Assembly: GCA_029559475.1 (NCBI GenBank)
Contig: JAKQBN010000061.1
Span: 3,488 to 67,487, forward strand
Direction: 5' to 3'
Length of the DNA: 64,000 nt
Source: a bacterium
GTDB taxonomy: Bacteria > UBA4055
Shown here: positions 57,737 through 64,000 of the stretch, in pieces
Layout of the letters: each line of letters starts with the position of its first letter
How positions within the stretch are numbered: position 1 is the first letter of the stretch
The notes under the pieces: model-generated
What the model saw: the letters and a program-made list of their open reading frames with translations, nothing else
The model's database searches: none
Told to the model about the DNA's origin: nothing
Translations under genes and position numbers: made by a program

Positions 57737-58575
57737 TAGTTCGTGCGAACTGCAAGCTCAACCTTCACCTGAAAGTAACAGGAAAACTGCCCGACGGATA
57801 TCACTCTCTGGAGACGATCTTCCAGGAGATACCCTTTTATGATGAGATCGATATAGTCTCGTCTGATAAAGACGTTATACAATTTACTTCTAAAGGAATA
57901 AACATACCCGGCAGCGGGAACAATATCTGCGTGAAAGCGGCGGAACTACTCAAAAATAATTTCAATATAAATAAAGGATGCAGGATCACTCTTAAAAAGA
58001 ACGTTCCCATAGGAGCGGGCCTCGGAGGAGGTTCATCTGATGCCGCGGCTGTCCTTAAAGCACTTAATGTTCTCTGGGGCTTAAACCTTACTGATGAAGA
58101 ACTTGAAAAACTTGGCCTGAAACTAGGCGCTGATGTACCTTTTTTCATAAAAGGCGGATGCGCATGGGCGGAAGGAAAAGGTGAACTTTTAAAACGCATT
58201 GAACCGCTTCTTAAAAACGGGTCTATTTTACTTATATATCCTCACATACACATCAGTACGCCGGATGCATATAAAAAACTGAATTTAAACTTGACAAATT
58301 TATCGGGCAATGTTATATTTGCCGAAGTCTCAAAACCGGGTGTGTCCCTGAACGTCATTCGTGCGGGATTCATTAACGATTTTGAGAGTGTGGTGTTCAG
58401 AGAATACCCTGAAATAGGTCATATTAAGGAATTATTGCTAAGCGAAGGAGCGGCACTTGCCGCGATGTCGGGCAGCGGATCGTCGGTTTTCGGATTTTTT
58501 ACGGATGAAAAACGGCTGATCAGAGCTTCCGGGCTGATGGATAAGAACTACTTCGTTCATGCTGTAAAACTATAG
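57733..58575 (+). CDS. ispE: 4-diphosphocytidyl-2-C-methyl-D-erythritol kinase
   Basis: KLNLHL, DGYH, KNVPIGAGLGGGSSDAA, LGADVPFF, MSGSGS. Confidence 0.96.
   Translation: MIVRANCKLNLHLKVTGKLPDGYHSLETIFQEIPFYDEIDIVSSDKDVIQFTSKGINIPGSGNNICVKAAELLKNNFNINKGCRITLKKNVPIGAGLGGGSSDAAAVLKALNVLWGLNLTDEELEKLGLKLGADVPFFIKGGCAWAEGKGELLKRIEPLLKNGSILLIYPHIHISTPDAYKKLNLNLTNLSGNVIFAEVSKPGVSLNVIRAGFINDFESVVFREYPEIGHIKELLLSEGAALAAMSGSGSSVFGFFTDEKRLIRASGLMDKNYFVHAVKL
58291..58319 (+). promoter_or_regulatory. Promoter internal to ispE
   Basis: TTGACA-N17-TATATT with extended -10 TG. Confidence 0.55.
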
Positions 58576-58586
58576 CGGAGGACACA

Positions 58587-58886
58587 TTGGAGATTACCGA
58601 AATCAGAGTAAATCTAAGGGACGAAGAGAAGCTCAAGGCATTTGTTCACGTAACTTTCGACAATGCTTTTATTATCAGAGGGCTGAAGATAATCCAGGGA
58701 AAGGACGGCCTTTTCGTATGTATGCCCAGCCGCAAGCTTCCGGATGGTACCTATAAGGACATCGCTCATCCGATAGTGGATGATTTTAGGATAAAGCTTG
58801 AAAAAGAGATCCTTGATAAGTACGCCGAAGAGCTTTCGAACAAAGTTGAGGGCAAAAGCTCCGGCAGTTCCGATCAGGACGAATAA
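58587..58886 (+). CDS. spoVG: SpoVG family nucleic-acid-binding protein
   Basis: MEITEIR...LKAFVHVTFD...GLFVCMPSRK...YKDIAHPI. Confidence 0.95.
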   Translation: MEITEIRVNLRDEEKLKAFVHVTFDNAFIIRGLKIIQGKDGLFVCMPSRKLPDGTYKDIAHPIVDDFRIKLEKEILDKYAEELSNKVEGKSSGSSDQDE

Positions 58887-58895
58887 TTTCATTGC

Positions 58896-58968
58896 TGGGG
58901 TATCGCCAAGTGGCTAAGGCTCCGGGTTCTGGTTCCGGCATTCGGGGGTTCGAATCCCTCTACCCCTG
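58896..58968 (+). tRNA. tRNA-Gln(CTG)
   Basis: TGGGGTATCGCCAAGTGG...CCGGG-TTCTGGT-TCCGG...GGTTCGAATCC...TACCCCTG. Confidence 0.93.
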
Positions 58969-59004
58969 CTCTTTAAAATATAAACCTTGATGATAAGCAT
59001 GTAG

Positions 59005-59077
59005 AGGGGTATCGCCAAGTGGAAAGGCACCGGGTTTTGGTCCCGGCACTCCGGAGGTTCGAATCCTTCTACCCCTG
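59005..59077 (+). tRNA. tRNA-Gln(TTG)
   Basis: AGGGGTATCGCCAAGTGG...CCGGG-TTTTGGT-CCCGG...GGTTCGAATCC...TACCCCTG. Confidence 0.95.
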
Positions 59078-59112
59078 CAAATTTAACAAACCAAGAAAAG
59101 AGGCAGCTTAAG

Positions 59113-59817
59113 ATGTCAGAAAAATTAGTAGCGCAATTAAAGAGCGTAGACAGCAAAAGGGTGATCAAAGCAAAAAGAAAAACAGGCCTGATACCCGTTA
59201 ATCTCTACGGTCCCGGAATAGAGAACAGCCATTCATATTATGTGAATGAGATCGATCTCAACCGCGCGATAAAATCCGGAAAGAAAATTCACGAGATCAC
59301 ATCCGAGATCGGCGATTTTAAAGTCGTTTTAAAAGAGGTTCAGAGACACCCCGTATCATGGAAACTTGTCCACGTCGATATGCTGTCTTTAGCACCCGGT
59401 AAAAAAGTCACCGTAAAGATACCTTTAAGGTTCGAAGGTATTCCTTTCGGCGTAAAGAACATGGGCGGCGTTCTGATCGAGAACTCAAGGGAGATAGAAG
59501 TTGAAGCTATGGCTGAATTCATTCCCAACGAGATCAAGATCGACGTTTCACCTCTCAAGCTGAAAGACACTATTCACGCCAGAGATATCAAAATGGATAA
59601 TATCAGGATCGCTTCTCCTGCCGATATGCTTCTCGCAAGAGTCGGAATTACCAGGGCTGCAGTTTCTGACGCCGGCGGATCCGCAGGCGCTGAGCTTGCC
59701 GCTCACGTTGAAGGCGCTCCGGCCGCTGCTGCAAAACCGGGTGAAAAAGCCGCCGCTCCTGCTGGTGCCGCAAAACCCGCAGAAAAAGCTGATGCAAAGC
59801 ATCCTGAAAAAAAGTAG
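59113..59817 (+). CDS. rplY: 50S ribosomal protein L25 / Ctc
   Basis: IPVNLYG, KEVQRHPV...HVD, GVKNMGG, Ala/Lys-rich tail. Confidence 0.93.
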   Translation: MSEKLVAQLKSVDSKRVIKAKRKTGLIPVNLYGPGIENSHSYYVNEIDLNRAIKSGKKIHEITSEIGDFKVVLKEVQRHPVSWKLVHVDMLSLAPGKKVTVKIPLRFEGIPFGVKNMGGVLIENSREIEVEAMAEFIPNEIKIDVSPLKLKDTIHARDIKMDNIRIASPADMLLARVGITRAAVSDAGGSAGAELAAHVEGAPAAAAKPGEKAAAPAGAAKPAEKADAKHPEKK

Positions 59818-59855
59818 CTGAATTCAAACATCATTGAAATAAAATAGAAGAAACC

Positions 59856-60482
59856 GTGCAGATAATAATCGGTCTGGGAAATCCGGGAAACAGGTACGCA
59901 GATACCTGGCATAACCTCGGATTTATATCGGTCGACCGTTTTGCAGAGAAGCATGGTCTGTTGTTTAAAGCCGGAAAAGGCAAGTTTTATGCCGCGTCCG
60001 GCTTTTTCAATTCTGAAAAGATCATTCTTGTAAAACCGACGACCTACATGAACCTCTCAGGTGAGGCGGTCTCGCAGATCATTAATTATTTTGAGGCGGA
60101 GACGGGAAGCATTCTGGTAGTCTATGACGATATCAATCTCCCGCTGGGAACTGTCAGGCTGAGAAAATCCGGTTCTGCGGGCGGTCATAACGGATTAAGA
60201 TCGATAATAGGAACGCTGGACACTCAGGATTTTGCGAGGCTCAGGATTGGATTCAGGACCGATCAGATAAATTCGATCCTTACCAACAATCCCGCTATCC
60301 TTCCTGATCTTGTTCTGGCGAAGATACCATCCGCACTTCATGCCGATGTTCTGGAAACGGTCGACAGAAGCGTGGAAGCGATAGAATCGGTTCTTGAGAA
60401 CGGCATCGACAGAACGATGAACAGGTTCAACGAGAAGAATTCTGAGCAGGAAAAACCGGACAGCGCGGAAAAAGCCGATTAA
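59856..60482 (+). CDS. pth: Peptidyl-tRNA hydrolase
   Basis: IGLGNPG, HNLG, KPTTYMNLSG, YDD, GGHNG. Confidence 0.96.
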   Translation: MQIIIGLGNPGNRYADTWHNLGFISVDRFAEKHGLLFKAGKGKFYAASGFFNSEKIILVKPTTYMNLSGEAVSQIINYFEAETGSILVVYDDINLPLGTVRLRKSGSAGGHNGLRSIIGTLDTQDFARLRIGFRTDQINSILTNNPAILPDLVLAKIPSALHADVLETVDRSVEAIESVLENGIDRTMNRFNEKNSEQEKPDSAEKAD

Positions 60483-60530
60483 TTTGATTGACTTGAAATA
60501 AAAAAAGATTTATATTTGGCGCGTGAAAAA

Positions 60531-60577
60531 TTCTTGCCGGAATGCAATATTTTCGGCCAAAGACCAAAAGAAGGAGG
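60531..60577 (+). promoter_or_regulatory. Probable S6:S18 ribosomal leader
   Basis: Hairpin CTTGCCGGAA...TTCGGCCAAAG directly upstream of the rpsF RBS; promoter TTGACT-N17-TATATT at 60488-60516. Confidence 0.55.
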
Positions 60578-60581
60578 AAAA

Positions 60582-60956
60582 ATGAACAGGTACGAAACGA
60601 TGGTGATTATTGATCCGGCGCTCGATCAGGAAAAGATCGATTCCGTTATTTCCCGTTATACGGAAATGATAAAAACGGACGGAGAGATAATAACTGTTGA
60701 CCAGTGGGGTAAAAAAAGGCTTGCATACCCTATCAAAAAGAAGCCTACGGGTTACTATGTTCTTTACAAGTACACTGCCGGAAATAAAGTCCCGCAGAAC
60801 CTTGTGAACGACATGAACATCAATTCTTCGATCCTCCGCTACATGACCCTCGTAGTGGATAAAAAAGCCCTTAAGCAGGAACAGCTCGATATAGCCGGCG
60901 CTGGAAAGTTGCTGAAGGAAGCGGAAGAAAAAGAAAATGCAAAAGTTAACGAGTAA
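60582..60956 (+). CDS. rpsF: 30S ribosomal protein S6
   Basis: MNRYETMVIIDP...WGKKRLAYPIKK...GYY; ATG 60582 after AGGAGG. Confidence 0.97.
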   Translation: MNRYETMVIIDPALDQEKIDSVISRYTEMIKTDGEIITVDQWGKKRLAYPIKKKPTGYYVLYKYTAGNKVPQNLVNDMNINSSILRYMTLVVDKKALKQEQLDIAGAGKLLKEAEEKENAKVNE

Positions 60957-60970
60957 CCTGAGGTGATGAA

Positions 60971-61198
60971 ATGATAAAAGAAAAGAAAAAAAGAATCTGC
61001 AGATTTTGCGAAGAGAACATAGTTTACATCGATTATAAAAACGATAAGCAGCTCGCAAAATTTACAACCGAACAGGGCAAGATAATTCCGAGAAGGACAT
61101 CGGGCGTATGCGCCAAGCATCAGAGAATGCTGACAAACGCCATCAAAAGAGCAAGAATAGTAGCCTTAATGCCGTTCGTCGACAACACAGCAAGATAA
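60971..61198 (+). CDS. rpsR: 30S ribosomal protein S18 (zinc-binding form)
   Basis: CRFC...IDYK...[17 protein letters not shown]. Confidence 0.97.
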   Translation: MIKEKKKRICRFCEENIVYIDYKNDKQLAKFTTEQGKIIPRRTSGVCAKHQRMLTNAIKRARIVALMPFVDNTAR

Positions 61199-61211
61199 AA
61201 AGGAGCCTAAA

Positions 61212-61658
61212 ATGTTTGTAATATTAAGACAGGATGTTGACAAGGTTGGTAAAGCCGGCGAGGTTATAAAGGTAAAAGACGGTTTCGGAAGAAACTTTCT
61301 CATACCCAGAAATTTTGCTTTCCCGGCGACCGACGCCCATATGAACAGATATAAAGAAAGCACAAAATCAAAAGGATATAAAGAAGCTCAGCTTAAGAAA
61401 TCAGATGTATATCTACAGAAAGCGCTTTCCGACAAAACGGTCGTTATAAAAATGAAAGTCGGCGAAGAAGACAAACTCTTCGGATCCGTAACTTCTCAGA
61501 ACATAGCAGACGAACTTAAAGCTATGGGCATAGAGATCGATAAAAGAAGAATTCAGCTCGAGGAGAACATCAAGCACCTCGGCGAATTCAAAGTACCGTA
61601 TAAAGCTCATTCCGAAACAGAGATCAGCATCAGCGTAAACGTTATAGCCGAAGCCTGA
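61212..61658 (+). CDS. rplI: 50S ribosomal protein L9
   Basis: VILRQDV...VKDGFGRNFLIP, KLFGSVT. Confidence 0.97.
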   Translation: MFVILRQDVDKVGKAGEVIKVKDGFGRNFLIPRNFAFPATDAHMNRYKESTKSKGYKEAQLKKSDVYLQKALSDKTVVIKMKVGEEDKLFGSVTSQNIADELKAMGIEIDKRRIQLEENIKHLGEFKVPYKAHSETEISISVNVIAEA

Positions 61659-61679
61659 TAGAAGTATCTTAACCGATAT

Positions 61680-61707
61680 AAAAGCCGGACTGTTCCGGCT
61701 TTTTTTT
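61680..61707 (+). terminator. Intrinsic terminator after rplI
   Basis: AAAAGCCGG-ACTGTT-CCGGCTTTTTTTT. Confidence 0.8.
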
Positions 61708-61780
61708 ATTTTTATAATTTTATTTGAAAAACACAAAGTAATTTATTACACTTCATTACTGTTAACCACCGGAGAAAGCT

Positions 61781-62974
61781 ATGTACAATATAAGCTTTGA
61801 AAGCGAGATCGAGGATGAAGAAAAAGCATCCATTCTGATCGTTGACGATGAAGAACTCATACTTCAGTCGCTTCAGATGATACTCGAAAGATATTTTAAT
61901 GTTATAAAACTTTCAGATCCGTTAAAAGTCTTCGATGTGCTGAAAAACAATACGATCGATATTCTGATAAGCGACGAGATGATGCCCGGAATGAGAGGCT
62001 GCGAACTTGCAGAAAAAGTCCATAACGAATATCCGAATATCTGCAAGATCATACTTAGCGGTAATTCAGACAAAAAGGATATAGTAACCGCAATAAATAA
62101 AGGCCATATCTATTCGTTCCTTTTTAAGCCGGTAGACGTAAATCAGCTTCTTCAGGCGGTAAAGCAGGGTCTCGATAATAAACGGATGAAAGAGATGATC
62201 GAGGAGCAGAATAAAAATCTGGAGGAAAAGAACAGAAAGCTGCTTGAAGAGGTTCTTAAGAAAAGCACAAAGATTATCGAGATGGAAAAATTCTACGAAC
62301 TGGGTAAATTTTCGGCATCGATCGTTCACGACCTTAACAGTCCTCTTCAGACACTGATCACGGGATATCAGCTGCTTGAGGACGAGATCCACAACAGCGG
62401 CAACAGCAATGATTCTTCCGAGAATATTCTTAAGCTGATCGACAGCAGCCTTACGACAATGGAGAACATGATAAAGAGCATCTCGAACAGGATAAACAAC
62501 AATCTGTCGGAAAAACCTGTGGATTTCGACCTTAACGAACTAATACGCAAAAACATCAATTATATGCAGCTGAAGTATAACAATATCAGCTCCGTCGATG
62601 TAACTTTCATTCCGGGCGAAGAAGTTCCTAAAATGAAAGGAATACCGCTTCACTTCGATCAGATCATAACCAACCTTTTTAAAAATTCATACGACGCGAT
62701 GGAGAATTCTAACCAGAAAAAGATAGTTGTAAAAACATTTGTGAAAGCTGATAATATCTGCCTTTATCTTCTTGATACCGGCTGCGGAATTAAAGCCGAA
62801 GAACTTGATATGATCTTTAACGTCGGATTTTCGACCAAAGAGCACGGCAAAGGTACGGGTCTGGGTCTTGTGATCACAAAGCAGATGGTGAATTCTTATA
62901 AAGGCAAGATCAAAGTCGAATCCAAGTTCGGCGAAGGCACAAGCTTTTTAATCTGCTTCCCGATGAAAAAATAA
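61781..62974 (+). CDS. Hybrid response regulator / histidine kinase (REC-HisKA-HATPase)
   Basis: ILIVDDE, SDEMMPG, FKP; SIVHDLNSPL; NLFKNSYDA, DTGCGI, FSTK...GTGLGL. Confidence 0.92.
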   Translation: MYNISFESEIEDEEKASILIVDDEELILQSLQMILERYFNVIKLSDPLKVFDVLKNNTIDILISDEMMPGMRGCELAEKVHNEYPNICKIILSGNSDKKDIVTAINKGHIYSFLFKPVDVNQLLQAVKQGLDNKRMKEMIEEQNKNLEEKNRKLLEEVLKKSTKIIEMEKFYELGKFSASIVHDLNSPLQTLITGYQLLEDEIHNSGNSNDSSENILKLIDSSLTTMENMIKSISNRINNNLSEKPVDFDLNELIRKNINYMQLKYNNISSVDVTFIPGEEVPKMKGIPLHFDQIITNLFKNSYDAMENSNQKKIVVKTFVKADNICLYLLDTGCGIKAEELDMIFNVGFSTKEHGKGTGLGLVITKQMVNSYKGKIKVESKFGEGTSFLICFPMKK

Positions 62975-62976
62975 AA

Positions 62977-64000
62977 ATGAAATACAACGACAGTCAGATA
63001 CAGGCAATTGAGCATTTCAAGGGCCCGTGCCTCGTTCTCGCAGGGGCGGGCAGTGGAAAAACCCGAGTCATCGTAGGCAGGATCGAAAGGCTGATAAACG
63101 ATCACAGGATCGATCCAAAGAATATCCTCGCAGTAACATTCACAAATAAAGCAGCTCAAGAAATGCGCGAAAGGCTTGCGGCATCTGTAAAAGGGCATGA
63201 ACTTATGACATGCTCTACTTTTCACGCGCTCGGTGTAAGGCTTATAAAGGAGAATCTTGAGAATCTGGGATATTCGAAAGGATTTTCGATCTACGGATCG
63301 GCGGAACAGCACGCGGCCATAAAGAAAGCGATGCATAACCTGAACATTTCAGACGAGATGTTCGATCCTAAGCTGATCAGTTATAAAATATCCTATTTTA
63401 AAAACAGGTTCATCAGCCTTGACAACGTTACGGCTATCGATCCGATAACAAGCGTCTCGAAGCGCATTATACCCGAGTACGACAGGATATTAAAAGCGAA
63501 CAATGCTCTTGACTTTGACGACCTGCTGTTAAAGATGCTCGAACTTTTCAAAGACAAATCTCTGCTTGAAAAATATCAGAACAGGTACAGATTCATCCTG
63601 ATAGACGAATTTCAGGACACCAATCCCGTTCAGAACAGAATAGTCTTAAAACTCGGTGAAAAGTACGGTAATGTGTTCGTAGTAGGCGATGACGATCAGT
63701 CAATTTACGGATTCAGAGGAGCGGATTTCAGAAACATACTCGACTTTGAGAAGCACTGGGACGACTGCAGGATTATTATACTCAACGTAAATTACCGCTC
63801 GACACCGACAATACTCAAAGCCGCATCGGCCGTGATCAACAATAACCTGGAAAGAAAAAATAAGCAGGTCGAGACACATTTTAAAGAACATCTCCCCATT
63901 GAATATTTTTCCGCGCTTAATGAAAAGCACGAAGCTGATCTTATCTGTGAAAAGATCAAAGAACTGGGGAAAAGATATTCCGATCACGCGGTTCTATTAC
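62977..64000 (+). CDS. UvrD/PcrA/Rep helicase, truncated by window edge
   Basis: Manual translation MKYNDSQIQAI...LAGAGSGKTRV...VTFTNKAA...STFHAL...LIDEFQDTN...VGDDDQSIYGFRGA...NYRS. Confidence 0.93.
   Translation, partial: MKYNDSQIQAIEHFKGPCLVLAGAGSGKTRVIVGRIERLINDHRIDPKNILAVTFTNKAAQEMRERLAASVKGHELMTCSTFHALGVRLIKENLENLGYSKGFSIYGSAEQHAAIKKAMHNLNISDEMFDPKLISYKISYFKNRFISLDNVTAIDPITSVSKRIIPEYDRILKANNALDFDDLLLKMLELFKDKSLLEKYQNRYRFILIDEFQDTNPVQNRIVLKLGEKYGNVFVVGDDDQSIYGFRGADFRNILDFEKHWDDCRIIILNVNYRSTPTILKAASAVINNNLERKNKQVETHFKEHLPIEYFSALNEKHEADLICEKIKELGKRYSDHAVLL

Noticed and set aside
1..64000. CRISPR array, rRNA, or reverse-transcriptase/retron locus
   Set aside because: No regularly spaced direct repeats, rRNA-like sequence, cas genes or RT motifs were seen.

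Overview
Bacterial chromosomal window, about 40-45% GC by eye. It probably comes from an anaerobic, peptide-fermenting FCB-superphylum organism (inference from secreted proteases with 'YPNPFNP' T9SS-A/FlgD-Ig-like C-terminal domains, 2-oxoacid:ferredoxin oxidoreductase, carbamate kinase and a Na+-pumping decarboxylase subunit). Most of it is housekeeping: acpP-fabF-rnc, thrS-infC-rpmI-rplT, ileS-dksA-lspA, purL, korDABC-ndk, ftsK, deoC, mazG, lolA-ispE-spoVG-tRNA-Gln x2-rplY-pth-rpsF-rpsR-rplI, uvrD, plus tRNA-Leu. Five things stand out. (1) A WYL-headed accessory island of about 11.7 kb (29934-41650) carries three uracil-DNA-glycosylase-fold genes, two duplicated TPR/UDG cassettes, a type IIG-like restriction-modification fusion, degenerate DnaB and sigma54-activator pseudo-ATPases and a broken NUDIX gene; it is a candidate modified-base-targeting defence locus. 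(2) A ~135-nt structured non-coding unit that I cannot assign to a known family occurs in three diverged copies with covarying closing stems on either side of ftsK-amrB. (3) A HesB-like selenoprotein with an in-frame UGA and a SECIS-like hairpin is missed by the ORF track. (4) An IS1182 element has duplicated an entire bidirectional terminator. (5) Four secreted proteases of different families (C25, M6, C1A, C10) share one sorting domain. All calls are by eye; no database searches were run.
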